DNA of 64,000 bases from Roseburia sp. (GCA_050874505.1 JBNMKU010000003.1:1115-65114); one strand, 5' to 3'; positions 1 to 10,511 are shown, counted from the stretch's first letter. Program-made: numbers and translations. The notes: generated from the letters alone by a model not told the origin.

Positions 1-8
1 CAGTTCAT
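1..8 (-). CDS. 5' end of a CDS running off the window start (product unknown)
   Basis: Minus strand reads TAAGGAGACACAT-ATG: a strong RBS and ATG at 8, immediately after the stop of the 19..1215 gene. Confidence 0.55.
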
Positions 9-18
9 ATGTGTCTCC

Positions 19-1215
19 TTACTTCAGCCTTACCTTTTCCGTCGTATCTTCCAGTACTAACGTATAATTCAAACCGGAATTTCCCGGTATGATCCGATAC
101 AATTTCTGTTCAAATTCATGATGGAATTTATAGATCCCCCGTATCGTATAGATATCACAGGTATCTTCATTCCGGATGCAGATCTCATTATTGGATAAAA
201 ACTCTATGTCTGTATATTCCATTGAGATATCTTTTTCCAAAACCAGTTTTCCGCCCATGTCATAGACCGCCACATGGTTTGTGACTGCCTCGTCATCATT
301 GCTCGTTACGATCCCGACATAATCCTGATTATAAAAAATACTTTTTACATCCTTTTCAAATGCCAGTTCTCCTGTCTGCTGCGGTTTCTGCGCACCCTCA
401 AAATACAAAAGTCCCGTATCTGAAAATGCTACCAGTCTGTCATTTGATACAAATTCCAGCTCCGGTATCACGGTATCTTCAAACGACGCTGCTCCTACCA
501 CATGGTCGATCTCGTTTTGTCCCACTGAGCCAAAATTGTAAAATGCAACGGTGCTTTTTACCGTTCCGTCATTGATATCCAACATGGACACTGCCAGTTT
601 TATCGCATCCTCCGATAACGCTATGGCGATCGGATAGCCCTTCTTTTCTCCATGGATCGCTCCCTGTACGAGATTTTCCCCGGTCTTGTCATAAAGAGCG
701 ACATATCCTGCCCCATTATCACTCATCAGAACAGCGATCGTTCCCTGTGCTGCGATGCGCACCTGCTCGATCGGCATGGTCGTCTCAACGCTTCCCAACA
801 ATCCACCTGCATTTAAAATGTAGATCATGTTTCCTTTTTTATCGTACAAAGTCAGATAATCCCCACAGAGATCCATCTGCGGATCAGTCATCTCATAGGT
901 CTGATTCCAGATAAGCTCATTGGCAGTGTCAATGTAAAAGGCTCCGTCATTGCTGTACTTTAAGATATTTCCTTTAAAATCAGCAAAATGCGTCGCCTCT
1001 GTATCTGCTCTGGATGTATCCTGCAATACATCATAGTTATCATAATGGCGAAGTGCCATATAAACAGTAAGTCCTGTTATCACCGCTATCACGATAAACA
1101 GCACCAGTACCGTACGTTTTACTACACTGATACGATGTGCCCGCAGCTTCTGCTCATATTCTTCCATATCTGTCTGCGGCACGGTACGAAACCTTCTTTT
1201 GTCTTTTTCTTCCAT
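19..1215 (-). CDS. Membrane-anchored beta-propeller-like protein (DUF5711-like)
   Basis: 398-aa ORF with one N-terminal TM helix (VLVLFIVIAVITGLTVYM) then repetitive beta-rich sequence; GAGGA RBS; TG-TATAAT upstream. Confidence 0.7.
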   Translation of the reverse strand: MEEKDKRRFRTVPQTDMEEYEQKLRAHRISVVKRTVLVLFIVIAVITGLTVYMALRHYDNYDVLQDTSRADTEATHFADFKGNILKYSNDGAFYIDTANELIWNQTYEMTDPQMDLCGDYLTLYDKKGNMIYILNAGGLLGSVETTMPIEQVRIAAQGTIAVLMSDNGAGYVALYDKTGENLVQGAIHGEKKGYPIAIALSEDAIKLAVSMLDINDGTVKSTVAFYNFGSVGQNEIDHVVGAASFEDTVIPELEFVSNDRLVAFSDTGLLYFEGAQKPQQTGELAFEKDVKSIFYNQDYVGIVTSNDDEAVTNHVAVYDMGGKLVLEKDISMEYTDIEFLSNNEICIRNEDTCDIYTIRGIYKFHHEFEQKLYRIIPGNSGLNYTLVLEDTTEKVRLK

Positions 1216-1283
1216 AATTCCTCGTTTCTATCCTCTGGTCGGACATCCCCATTATAGCATGAACTTTGCGGATGGTCGATATT

Positions 1284-2780
1284 TTAATTCGGGAGAGTAA
1301 GATACTGTCCTGCATAGATCGCATTCGGGTCTTCAATTCCGTTTACTTTGCACAATTTATCCATCATTGCGGTTGTCTGATAGACCTTTCTGCAAATCCC
1401 CGCCACGCTGTCTCCTTTCTGTACGATATAATAACCCTGCTTTAAATATTCGTTTGTTGCAGTCGCTGTCCCACTGGTTGCAGTTTCAGCGGTTGCCGTC
1501 GTTCCATCTGTCGCAGTTTCTGCTGTTTCCGTTGTCTTTGATGTTTCCGCTGCCGCAGTCTCCGAGGCAGTCTCTGCGGTATTTTCCGGTGTTACCGCTG
1601 CCTCCTGCTCCGCCGTCGGTGTTTCAGCTGTTTCCGCTGCCTTTGATGTTTCGGCTGGTGTCTCAGGTGTATTTTCTTCTGGTGTCACCGCTGCTTCCTG
1701 CTCTGTTCCTGCCGTCTCTGCCACGGCTGTTTCCGCTGTCTCTGTGGCCTGCGTTTCGGTCTGCTGTTTTTCTACTTTTCCCTCTACCTGCTCTACTTTG
1801 ACCTCATCTGCCATGGTCGTTTTTTGTGTCTCCTCTTCAACCATAAGCGGCGCGGTATTGATCTGGGCAAGTGCATTCTGCATATCATTCATTTTCTGAT
1901 GGTTGCTGTATGCTGTAAATCCAAGTACACACACAACCAGCACAAGTACCAGCGGTGACGACAGCACTGATGCACGCTCCTTTTCCTCCGGCTGATCTGT
2001 CCGTTTGCGATACGCCCCTTCCCGATATTCCCTGCGGTATGGTCTGTGATAAGTTTCCTCCGGCTCGTCCGTCTCTGTTTCTTCTATTGTATTAAGACTT
2101 TCCTCCAGATAGATCTGCTCCTGCAGATCCAGTTCCTTCTGGCGTTTTTCCTGGAGCTGTCTTTCATAATCTTCGATCCGGTTCTCCGGCTGCATCGTTA
2201 CTTCCGGCTCTGCCTGTCTGATCTCTGGTTCTGTGACCGTCTTGATCCCTTTTCCATAATAAATATAAAATCCATCCCTGCGATACAACCGGTTACTTCT
2301 GCTGCTGTAAAATGCTTCTTCCCGCTCCAAGGTATCCATCAAGAACAGTACCTGGTGCACGCCCCCAAAATGTTTCTGATGCAGTTTTTCGATCCTGCCG
2401 GTTAAGTTTGGAAGCTGCCCTTTGATATCCATTGCCCACCCGACGATCGCCATGTCATCATAATGTTTTTTCAGCTTCTTATATATGTATCCCCAGGTGC
2501 TATCGTTCCACAGTGGCAGTTCTCCTTCAAAATCCATTTCTTCCAGACGGATCGCACCCTCTATAAAGGTACACTGTCTGCCCGAATAATTTTCAAATCT
2601 TCCCAACAGCACATAGGCCGCTTTTTCCTCTGTCTCTCCATAAGGATGAAGATACCGGTACACCCGGTCCTCCACATAGATCCGGTCTCCCACATCCGGT
2701 TTTCCCATCTGTCTGATCTCTTTTGGCAGTCCTCCCTCTCTCGTATCACCGTAGTCCTCCTGGCGGATTATTTCTATCAT
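1284..2780 (-). CDS. LysM peptidoglycan-binding membrane protein with degenerate MPN/JAB-like N-terminal domain
   Basis: C-terminal LysM (YIVQKGDSVAGI...NGIEDPNAIYAGQYLTLP), one TM helix, Thr/Glu/Ala-rich linker; start moved to MIEII (2780), which has an AAGGAAG RBS. Confidence 0.8.
   Translation of the reverse strand: MIEIIRQEDYGDTREGGLPKEIRQMGKPDVGDRIYVEDRVYRYLHPYGETEEKAAYVLLGRFENYSGRQCTFIEGAIRLEEMDFEGELPLWNDSTWGYIYKKLKKHYDDMAIVGWAMDIKGQLPNLTGRIEKLHQKHFGGVHQVLFLMDTLEREEAFYSSRSNRLYRRDGFYIYYGKGIKTVTEPEIRQAEPEVTMQPENRIEDYERQLQEKRQKELDLQEQIYLEESLNTIEETETDEPEETYHRPYRREYREGAYRKRTDQPEEKERASVLSSPLVLVLVVCVLGFTAYSNHQKMNDMQNALAQINTAPLMVEEETQKTTMADEVKVEQVEGKVEKQQTETQATETAETAVAETAGTEQEAAVTPEENTPETPAETSKAAETAETPTAEQEAAVTPENTAETASETAAAETSKTTETAETATDGTTATAETATSGTATATNEYLKQGYYIVQKGDSVAGICRKVYQTTAMMDKLCKVNGIEDPNAIYAGQYLTLPN
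1516..1710. repeat. Imperfect ~100-bp internal duplication in the LysM protein linker
   Basis: 1516-1552 matches 1621-1657 and 1588-1610 matches 1681-1703; protein EQEAAVTPE..AETSK..ETAET occurs twice. Confidence 0.75.
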
Positions 2781-2888
2781 ACCATCTCTTCCTTTCCCGG
2801 TTTTTACCGCTTTCTTTGGAAGAAATGGTAGCACAGCCCGTCCAAATTTTTTGGTATATCCTGTACCGTTTCCAAAAAAGATTTCGAC

Positions 2889-2933
2889 AAAAAAGGAAGA
2901 TGTCAGACCTATCTTTCCGACACCTTCCCTTTT
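2889..2933 (-). terminator. Rho-independent terminator after the transketolase genes
   Basis: GGAAGGTGTCGGA/TCTGACATCTTCC stem followed by a T run on the minus strand. Confidence 0.75.
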
Positions 2934-2940
2934 ACGACTC

Positions 2941-3882
2941 TTATTTTACAAATGCTTTGACTTTCTTGTAGATTCCCTCTCCGTCCAGTTCATATTTATG
3001 AAGCAGTTCCAATGCCGGTCCTGACTCACCAAAAACATCATTGACACCTATTTTCAGAACTTTTGTCGGTGCCTCTTCGCAGAGTACATCACATACGGCA
3101 CTTCCAAGTCCGCCTATTACGGAATGTTCCTCCACCGTTACGACTTTTCCTGTCTTCTTTGCGGATGCTACGACCAGTTCTCTGTCGATCGGTTTGATGG
3201 TATGAATGTTAATGATCTCTGCATGGATGCCGTCTGCTGCAAGAAGTTTCTCTGCATCCAGTGCCTCTTTTACGCATAAACCAGTTGCAAAGATCGTTAC
3301 ATCCGTTCCCTCTTTTAATACAACACCTTTTCCGATCTCAAATTTATAAGTTGCCTCATCATTAAATACCGGAACAGGTAAACGTCCAAATCTCAGATAT
3401 ACAGGCCCTACATGGTCATATGCAGCGTGAACAGCTGCTCTTGCCTCAACATCATCTGCCGGGTTGATGACTACCATTCCCGGAATGGTACGCATCAGTG
3501 CGATATCTTCCAGACACTGATGAGTTGCTCCGTCCTCGCCTACGGAAATGCCGGCATGGGTTGCCCCGATCTTAACGTTCAGATGCGGATATCCGATGGA
3601 GTTACGCACCTGCTCAAAGTTTCTTCCTGCCGCAAACATTGCAAAGGAACTGATAAATGGTACTTTGCCGCAGGTAGCGAGTCCTGCTGCGATTCCAGTC
3701 ATATTTGCCTCTGCAATTCCGATATCCCAATGGCGTTCCGGAAATGCCTTTTTAAAAATGTTGGTTTTGGTTGCTCCTGCAAGGTCTGCATCCAGTACGA
3801 TCAGATCCTCATGCTCTTTTCCCACTTCTACGAGTGCATTTCCGTAGCTCTCTCTGGTTGCGATCTTCTTTACTTCTGACAT
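2941..3882 (-). CDS. tkt: Transketolase, C-terminal subunit
   Basis: GIAEANM, THAGISVGEDGATHQ, EEHSVIGGLG motifs. Confidence 0.95.
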   Translation of the reverse strand: MSEVKKIATRESYGNALVEVGKEHEDLIVLDADLAGATKTNIFKKAFPERHWDIGIAEANMTGIAAGLATCGKVPFISSFAMFAAGRNFEQVRNSIGYPHLNVKIGATHAGISVGEDGATHQCLEDIALMRTIPGMVVINPADDVEARAAVHAAYDHVGPVYLRFGRLPVPVFNDEATYKFEIGKGVVLKEGTDVTIFATGLCVKEALDAEKLLAADGIHAEIINIHTIKPIDRELVVASAKKTGKVVTVEEHSVIGGLGSAVCDVLCEEAPTKVLKIGVNDVFGESGPALELLHKYELDGEGIYKKVKAFVK

Positions 3883-4706
3883 AATGCTTCCCCCACTTTC
3901 TCTAAGTCTGCCATTGCAACTGCATACTGCTCGTCATTTGGTGCTTTTCCGTGCCAGTCTACTGCGTTTTCCATGAAAGATACACCTTTTCCTTTTAAGG
4001 TCTTTGCGATGATCGCAGTCGGCATTCCCTTGGTCTCTCTTGCCTCTTTGAATGCTGCACGGATCTCATCAAAATCATTTCCGTTGATATTGATGGTATG
4101 GAAGTTGAATGCTTCGAATTTCTTATCGATCGGGTAAGGAGAACATACTTCATCCACACTGCCATCGATCTGTAAGTTATTGTTGTCCACGATAACAACC
4201 AGATTATCCAGTTTCCGGAAGCCTGCCCACATAGCTGCCTCCCAGATCTGGCCCTCCTGGATCTCACCATCTCCGCAAAGTGCGTAAACACGGTAATCCT
4301 TTTTGTCAAATTTGCCCGCTGCTGCCATTCCTGCTGCAACAGAAAGTCCCTGACCTAAAGAACCGGATGACATATCAACACCCGGAATGTGTTTCATATC
4401 CGGATGTCCCTGTAAATAAGATCCTGTATGACGCAGTGTTACTAAATCTTCCTTCGGGAAAAATCCTCTTTCTGCTAATACAGAGTAAAGTCCCGGTGCT
4501 GTATGTCCTTTAGACAGCACGAAGCGATCGCGATCTGCCATCTTTGGGTTCGCAGGATCAATATTCATCTCCTCAAAATACAGATAAGTAAAGATGTCTG
4601 CTGCCGACAGCGATCCGCCGGGATGTCCAGCTTTTGCGCTGTGTACTGATGTCACGATGCCCTTACGGACTTCGTTTGCAATTTTCCTAAGTTCCAGATT
4701 TGTCAT
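3870..4706 (-). CDS. tkt: Transketolase, N-terminal subunit
   Basis: GHPGGSLS, DRFVLSKGH, LQGHP, GSLGQG and GDGE TPP motifs. Confidence 0.95.
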   Translation of the reverse strand: MTNLELRKIANEVRKGIVTSVHSAKAGHPGGSLSAADIFTYLYFEEMNIDPANPKMADRDRFVLSKGHTAPGLYSVLAERGFFPKEDLVTLRHTGSYLQGHPDMKHIPGVDMSSGSLGQGLSVAAGMAAAGKFDKKDYRVYALCGDGEIQEGQIWEAAMWAGFRKLDNLVVIVDNNNLQIDGSVDEVCSPYPIDKKFEAFNFHTININGNDFDEIRAAFKEARETKGMPTAIIAKTLKGKGVSFMENAVDWHGKAPNDEQYAVAMADLEKVGEALCQK

Positions 4707-4736
4707 GTTTGTCTGCTTCCTTTCTTGAATCTTATG

Positions 4737-5333
4737 TTATAACTCTGTTCTGCCTTCTAATGCCCTGAGCAGTGTTACTTCATCAATATATTCCAGATCA
4801 CCTCCGACCGGCACACCACTTGCGATCCGTGTCACTTTTATTCCGGTTGGTTTGATCAGTTTACTGATATACATCGCAGTCGTCTCTCCCTCTAAGCTGG
4901 AATTGGTCGCAATGATCACCTCATCCACATCCTGCTGTAAACGCTGCATTAATTCTTTTAACTTGATATCGTTTGGCCCTATTCCAAGCATCGGTGATAT
5001 CGCACCATGGAGCACATGATAAACACCATCGTATTTTCCTGTTTTCTCATATGCCGCTAAGTCTCTGGTGTTTTCCACCACCATAATGGTCTTGTGATTT
5101 CTTCCCGCATCTCTGCAGATCGGACACAGTTCTTCATCTGTGAGGGTAAAGCACTCTTTACAGTAGCGCACATTTTTCTTGGCATCTACAATGGCGGATG
5201 CAAGTCCCTCCACCTCTTCTTCCGGCATGTTTAAAATATGAAATGCAAGACGCTGTGCTGATTTCGAACCAATGCCGGGCAGTGCGGACAATTCTTGTAT
5301 TAATTTGCTGATTTGTCTGCTATAGTAATCCAT
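4737..5333 (-). CDS. recR: Recombination mediator RecR
   Basis: [14 protein letters not shown] HhH, CxxC..CxxC zinc finger, Toprim, [12 protein letters not shown]; start MDYYS with GGGAG RBS. Confidence 0.97.
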   Translation of the reverse strand: MDYYSRQISKLIQELSALPGIGSKSAQRLAFHILNMPEEEVEGLASAIVDAKKNVRYCKECFTLTDEELCPICRDAGRNHKTIMVVENTRDLAAYEKTGKYDGVYHVLHGAISPMLGIGPNDIKLKELMQRLQQDVDEVIIATNSSLEGETTAMYISKLIKPTGIKVTRIASGVPVGGDLEYIDEVTLLRALEGRTEL

Positions 5334-5517
5334 TTTCTCCCTCATTTTCTGCTGTTTCATGATTTGGAACATAGTATCCCAAATACACTCTTTCTATCTT
5401 ACTGGATAAACGGATTTTTTACAAGTTCCTTTTTCCGGTTGCATGGTGCTTTCTTTTCTTCTATACTTTTTATAAAGTATACTTTCTTTATAAAACTGGA
5501 AAGGCATGGTTATTCCT

Positions 5518-6288
5518 ATGAGAGAAAATATTGCAACGATCCCTTTAATTGATGCTTTTAAGGCAGACGATGAATGTCCCTTCTGCAATCTGGAGCGAAA
5601 AGCCGAACAGCACGCCGTCTCTTTCATCCTGGGTTCTGCCTATATGGAAGATGATATCCGTGAAAAAACCGATGAGATCGGCTTCTGCCGCCACCATTTT
5701 AAAATGATGTATGATTACGGAAACCGTCTCGGAAATGCGCTTATCTTAAGCACGCATTTAAAAAAACTGAATGCGGAACTCAAAAAAGAAATGGATTCCT
5801 TTGCGCCCGGCAAGACAAGCCTTATGAAACGTCTGAAAAAAACAGATGTGACCTCGGATGCCGCACCAAAGACAGCTCTTGGTTCCTTTATTTCTTCAAA
5901 AACGACCAGCTGTTATGTGTGTGACCACTTCAACCAGATCTATGGCCGTTATCTGGATACCTTCTTTGATCTGTATAAGAAAAATGAGGAATTTCGGGAA
6001 ATGTTTGAACACAGCAAAGGCTTTTGTCTGCCTCATTTCGGTGATCTGATCGAAGCTGCCGAAAACAAGCTGACCGATGCCGAGCGCAAGGATTTTTATC
6101 CGAAAGCCTTTTCCCTGATGGAGCAGAATCTGGACCGTCTGCAAAAGGAAGTTTCGTGGTTTGTTGAGAAAAACGACTACCGCAACAAGGACAAAGACTG
6201 GGGCACCTCCGCAGACAGCATCCAGCGTGGCATGCAGAAATGTGCCGGCGGCTATCCCGCAGATGAGGTATTTCGTGCCGATTATTAG
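5518..6288 (+). CDS. DUF6062-like protein with duplicated Cys/His motifs
   Basis: CPFC..GFCRHH and CYVC..GFCLPH; start (5506 or 5518) uncertain. Confidence 0.7.
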   Translation: MRENIATIPLIDAFKADDECPFCNLERKAEQHAVSFILGSAYMEDDIREKTDEIGFCRHHFKMMYDYGNRLGNALILSTHLKKLNAELKKEMDSFAPGKTSLMKRLKKTDVTSDAAPKTALGSFISSKTTSCYVCDHFNQIYGRYLDTFFDLYKKNEEFREMFEHSKGFCLPHFGDLIEAAENKLTDAERKDFYPKAFSLMEQNLDRLQKEVSWFVEKNDYRNKDKDWGTSADSIQRGMQKCAGGYPADEVFRADY

Positions 6289-6311
6289 AATAGATACGCA
6301 TTACTTCCATT

Positions 6312-6348
6312 AAAAAACAGCAGGAACACTTTTGTTTCCTGCTGTTTT
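6312..6348. terminator. Bidirectional terminator between the DUF6062 gene and ybaB
   Basis: AAAACAGCAGGAA/TTCCTGCTGTTTT inverted repeat between convergent genes. Confidence 0.85.
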
Positions 6349-6350
6349 GC

Positions 6351-6698
6351 TTAGAACATTCCGCCTAAGCCGCCCATTCCACCGGTGATCTTTGCCATAG
6401 AACTGGATGAGAACTCATCTAACTGACGAAGTGCCTCATTGGTCGCTGCCATGATCAGATCCTCTAACATCTCGATATCATCCGGATCTACGACTTCCTC
6501 GGATAATTTGACTTTGGTGATCTCTTTTTTACCGGAAACGGTAACTTCGACTGCTCCGCCGCCTGCGGTTGCTGTGATCTCTTTTTCTTCTAATTCTTTC
6601 TGTGCTTCTTCCATCTGACGCTGCATTTTCTGTGCCTGTTTCATCAGATTATTCATATTTCCAGGCATACCACCCGGAAAACCGCCTCTCTTTGCCAT
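6351..6698 (-). CDS. ybaB: YbaB/EbfC family nucleoid-associated protein
   Basis: [30 protein letters not shown]; follows dnaX. Confidence 0.95.
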   Translation of the reverse strand: MAKRGGFPGGMPGNMNNLMKQAQKMQRQMEEAQKELEEKEITATAGGGAVEVTVSGKKEITKVKLSEEVVDPDDIEMLEDLIMAATNEALRQLDEFSSSSMAKITGGMGGLGGMF

Positions 6699-6712
6699 GT
6701 TTGTTTCCTCCG

Positions 6713-8287
6713 TTAAAAATCTTCTTCTTCAATATCAAATTGAATGATCTGGCGCAAATCCGGAGCTACTGTATCATTCGGATGCCCAGTATCGTTTAAT
6801 TGTACCAGAAGTTCTACCTCTTTGCCAACCCTTTCTGCAATCGCTTCCTTAAAGTCGTCCTGACAGCCTGCACGATTCTCGCTGATATAGGAGTAAGCAT
6901 TGGCATCTTCAAATAACAGCAACAGTGTATCGCCCTGCCCTAAGGACGGTGTTGCCATCTTTAAGTAGGTCTTCGTAATCCCCGACATCTGGGAAATGAT
7001 GCCGCTCCAGCTGCCGATGATCTGTCTGATATCATCCGGGATTGCTTTGGGCAGTTCTGCCTTTTTTTCTTCTGTTCCACCGGCTTCTACTCTCTCACTG
7101 CCCTGCCTGGCACTTTGGGGTGCTATCATAACACCCTGTTCGATCTTCTTTTCGAGACTGTCCACCCGATCCAGTAAGGACGTGTAGTCTTTCTCCATCT
7201 CTGGTTTACACAGTTTTATCACTGCGATCTCGATCAAGATACGCTTCTGGTTTGCATATTTGATCTGACTCCCCAGTTCTGAGAAGATGCGGATATAGCG
7301 CATTAAGATCTCGGTGTCCACCATCTCTGCCTCTTCTTTGAGCAACGCGAGATTTTCCGTGGAGATATCCAAGATATCCTCCATATGGTCAGAACTCTGC
7401 ACAAGCATAAGGTTGCGCAGATACCAGGTAAAATCCGTCACAAACTGCCCTAATTCCCTGCCCTCGATGACCATCTCATCGATGACCTTGATCGCTTCCG
7501 TCACATTTTTAGCGAGGATCTCACGCAACAGCCGGCTGAATATCTCCGTGTCGACTGCGCCTAAGGTCTCAAGGACTTTATCGTAGGTCAGTTCCTGCCC
7601 CAGATAAAATGCGATACACTGATCCAACAAACTCAGTGCATCTCGCATGGAACCATCTGCCGCCTTTGCAATATAGCGGATCGCACGCTCCTCTACCGGC
7701 ACCTGCTCGATCTGCATGAGTTCCATTAATCTTCCCGCTATCGTATCGATCGAGATCCGGCGGAAATCGTATCTCTGACACCGGGACAATATGGTGATCG
7801 GTATCTTATGTGCTTCTGTTGTTGCCAGAATAAACATTACATAGGAAGGCGGCTCTTCGAGTGTCTTTAGAAGGGCATTGAACGCACCTATGGAGAGCAT
7901 ATGCACCTCGTCTATGATATAGACTTTATATTTTCCTTCGGTCGGGCGGTATTCCACTTCTTCCCGGATCTGACGGATGTTATCCACACCATTGTTGGAT
8001 GCCGCATCGATCTCGATCACATTCATGGAACTTCCGGCTGCGATCGCACGACAGCTTGGACATTCCCCGCAGGGACTGCCGTCCACCGGATGTTCGCAAT
8101 TGACCGCCTTTGCAAAGATCTTGGCAATTGTTGTCTTACCCGTTCCTCTGGTTCCGCAGAACAGATAGGCATGTCCGATGCGGTCTGCCTTGATCTGATT
8201 TTTTAGTGTTGTAACAATATGTTCCTGCCCTTTTACGTCCTCAAATTCCTGTGGGCGGAACTTACGGTATAACGCCGTATATGACAT
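6713..8287 (-). CDS. dnaX: DNA polymerase III subunit gamma/tau
   Basis: LYRKFRPQ, Walker [10 protein letters not shown], zinc motif, [11 protein letters not shown] motif. Confidence 0.98.
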   Translation of the reverse strand: MSYTALYRKFRPQEFEDVKGQEHIVTTLKNQIKADRIGHAYLFCGTRGTGKTTIAKIFAKAVNCEHPVDGSPCGECPSCRAIAAGSSMNVIEIDAASNNGVDNIRQIREEVEYRPTEGKYKVYIIDEVHMLSIGAFNALLKTLEEPPSYVMFILATTEAHKIPITILSRCQRYDFRRISIDTIAGRLMELMQIEQVPVEERAIRYIAKAADGSMRDALSLLDQCIAFYLGQELTYDKVLETLGAVDTEIFSRLLREILAKNVTEAIKVIDEMVIEGRELGQFVTDFTWYLRNLMLVQSSDHMEDILDISTENLALLKEEAEMVDTEILMRYIRIFSELGSQIKYANQKRILIEIAVIKLCKPEMEKDYTSLLDRVDSLEKKIEQGVMIAPQSARQGSERVEAGGTEEKKAELPKAIPDDIRQIIGSWSGIISQMSGITKTYLKMATPSLGQGDTLLLLFEDANAYSYISENRAGCQDDFKEAIAERVGKEVELLVQLNDTGHPNDTVAPDLRQIIQFDIEEEDF

Positions 8288-8320
8288 TTTAATTCCTCTT
8301 TTACTGTATCATTTTAAATT

Positions 8321-9394
8321 CTAGTCGCCAAAGCTGATGCCGATACGTTTTGCCTCTTTTATCATCTGGCAATCCGGATCTACCGTCTTTAATCTGCCTG
8401 CGACTTCGCCGAGCGGAACACGCTTCGTTTTGCCGTTTACCATCGCGATCATGTTGCCATAGTCTTCGTCGATGATCGCCTTTGCTGCTGCAGAGCCAAG
8501 TCTGGTGCAGAGCACTCTGTCATATGGGCATGGGCTGCCGCCTCTCTGGGTATGTCCCGGAACGGTAACACGCACTTCCACCCCGGTCTCTTTTAAGATC
8601 TGATCTGCGATCTCATAGGAAACGGATGGATATTTGCGTTTTGCCACTTTCTCTTTGTATTCTTTCTTGGAAAGCATGGCATCCTCTTTGGAAATCGCCC
8701 CCTCTGCCACCGCAAGGATGGTAAATCCCTTTCCGGCATGGGTCCTTTTATCGATCGCCTCGATCACTTTTTCAATATCATAAGGGATCTCCGGTAATAA
8801 GATGATGTCTGCTCCACCCGCAATGCCGGCATACAGTGTCAGCCATCCTACCTTGTGTCCCATGACTTCTACGATAAATACGCGGTTGTGGGATGCCGCG
8901 GTCGTGTGGATACAGTCTATGCACTCTGTCGCAATATTGATCGCACTCTGGAATCCGAAGGTTACATCCGTACCATAAATATCATTATCAATAGTCTTTG
9001 GAAGGTGGATGACATTTAATCCCTCTTCTCGGAGGAGATTGGCTGTTTTTTCTGTTCCGTTTCCTCCAAGGATCACCAGGCAGTCCAGTTTCAACTTATT
9101 ATAAGTGCTCTTCATTGCCTCGACCTTGTCCAGTCCGTTTTCATCCGGTATCCGCATCTGCTTGAACGGCTGTCTGGATGAACCCAGTATCGTGCCACCC
9201 TTTGTCAGTATCCCTGAAAAATCTGTGGCTGTCAGCTGACGGTAATTACCATAGATCAGTCCCTTGTAACCATTTAAGAAGCCATAGACCTCTAATTCAT
9301 CAACATTCTCACTAAGCCCCTTTACAACACCTCGCATTGCCGCATTTAATGCCTGACAGTCACCACCGCTTGTCAACATTCCAATTCTCTTCAT
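8321..9394 (-). CDS. pfkA: 6-phosphofructokinase
   Basis: LTSGGDC, PKTIDND, EVMGH, GHTQRGG. Confidence 0.93.
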   Translation of the reverse strand: MKRIGMLTSGGDCQALNAAMRGVVKGLSENVDELEVYGFLNGYKGLIYGNYRQLTATDFSGILTKGGTILGSSRQPFKQMRIPDENGLDKVEAMKSTYNKLKLDCLVILGGNGTEKTANLLREEGLNVIHLPKTIDNDIYGTDVTFGFQSAINIATECIDCIHTTAASHNRVFIVEVMGHKVGWLTLYAGIAGGADIILLPEIPYDIEKVIEAIDKRTHAGKGFTILAVAEGAISKEDAMLSKKEYKEKVAKRKYPSVSYEIADQILKETGVEVRVTVPGHTQRGGSPCPYDRVLCTRLGSAAAKAIIDEDYGNMIAMVNGKTKRVPLGEVAGRLKTVDPDCQMIKEAKRIGISFGD

Positions 9395-9489
9395 CTGCGT
9401 TTCCTCCTCATCCTGTCTGAGTCAACCAAAACCCTGTATCATACCTAAAATATTACCCTTTTCCATCCTATTTTGCAATAATATAATAC

Positions 9490-9515
9490 GAAACACCGGA
9501 CTTCCGTCCGGTGTC
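9490..9515 (-). terminator. Terminator hairpin after tRNA-Pro
   Basis: ACACCGGAC/GTCCGGTGT stem directly 3' of the tRNA. Confidence 0.7.
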
Positions 9516-9520
9516 TTTCA

Positions 9521-9594
9521 TCGGGGTAACAGGATTTGAACCTGCGACCTCACGGCCCCCAGCCGTGCGCGCTACCAAACTACGCCATACCCCG
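9521..9594 (-). tRNA. tRNA-Pro(GGG)
   Basis: Minus strand CGGGGTATGGCGTAGTTTGGTAGCGCG-CACGG CT GGG GG CCGTG-AGGTCGCAGGTTCAAATCCTGTTACCCCGA folds as a cloverleaf; CCA not encoded. Confidence 0.97.
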
Positions 9595-9710
9595 TAAAAT
9601 ATGCCCTGTCATTGTATCATAACTTTTATTATTTGAAAAGAATAATTTGACAGTCCCTCTTCCATATTTTACAATCGGCTTATCATTTATTTTTGCAAAG
9701 GAGCACTGTT

Positions 9711-10511
9711 TTGACTGAATTAGAAGCCTATTATAATAAATTTAATGAAGAGAAACGTCTGAACAGCCGTCACGGTCAGGTGGAGTTTCTTACCTCTATG
9801 AAATATATCCACAAATATCTTACCCAGATTGAGGAAAAACGTCACTGTAAAAAAGATGAGATCCGCATTTTAGACCTGGGTGCCGGCACCGGACGTTATT
9901 CCATTCCACTCGCCGAAGAGGGATATGATGTTACTGCGGTCGAACTGGTCAAACACAATTTAAGCCGCCTCAGGCAAAAGAGCAGTCTCGTCCATGCCTA
10001 TCAGGGCAATGCCATGAAACTTTCCCGTTTTTCGAACGAAACCTTTGACCTCATTCTGGTCTTCGGACCGCTCTATCATCTGCACGGCACAGACGAAAAA
10101 GCTGCCGCCCTGTCCGAAGCCAAACGTGTCTTAAAGCCGGACGGTGTGATCCTCGCCGCTTATATTATGAACGAATTTACAGTTTTAACCTATGCGTTTA
10201 AAGAGCGTCATATTTCCGAGGCACTGGAACAGGGTATGCTCGATTCCACTTTCCACTGCACCAAAACGGCAAACCCGCTTTACAGTATGGTGCGCCTGGA
10301 AGATATGGATGCCTTAAATGCCCGGTGCGGTTTTACGAGACTGCAGGTCATCGCAGCAGACGGCGCAGCCAATTATATGCGCCCTTACTTAAATGCCCTG
10401 ACCGAGGAAGAATTTGAACATTTTCTTACCTATCATCTTGCCACATGTGAGCGTATGGATCTGATGGGTGCAAGCGGGCATACCGTGGATATCCTCTGTA
10501 AGGCGCAGTGA
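9711..10511 (+). CDS. Class I SAM-dependent methyltransferase
   Basis: ILDLGAGTGRY motif I, FGPLYHL, LKPDG; TTG start after AAGGAG. Confidence 0.9.
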   Translation: MTELEAYYNKFNEEKRLNSRHGQVEFLTSMKYIHKYLTQIEEKRHCKKDEIRILDLGAGTGRYSIPLAEEGYDVTAVELVKHNLSRLRQKSSLVHAYQGNAMKLSRFSNETFDLILVFGPLYHLHGTDEKAAALSEAKRVLKPDGVILAAYIMNEFTVLTYAFKERHISEALEQGMLDSTFHCTKTANPLYSMVRLEDMDALNARCGFTRLQVIAADGAANYMRPYLNALTEEEFEHFLTYHLATCERMDLMGASGHTVDILCKAQ

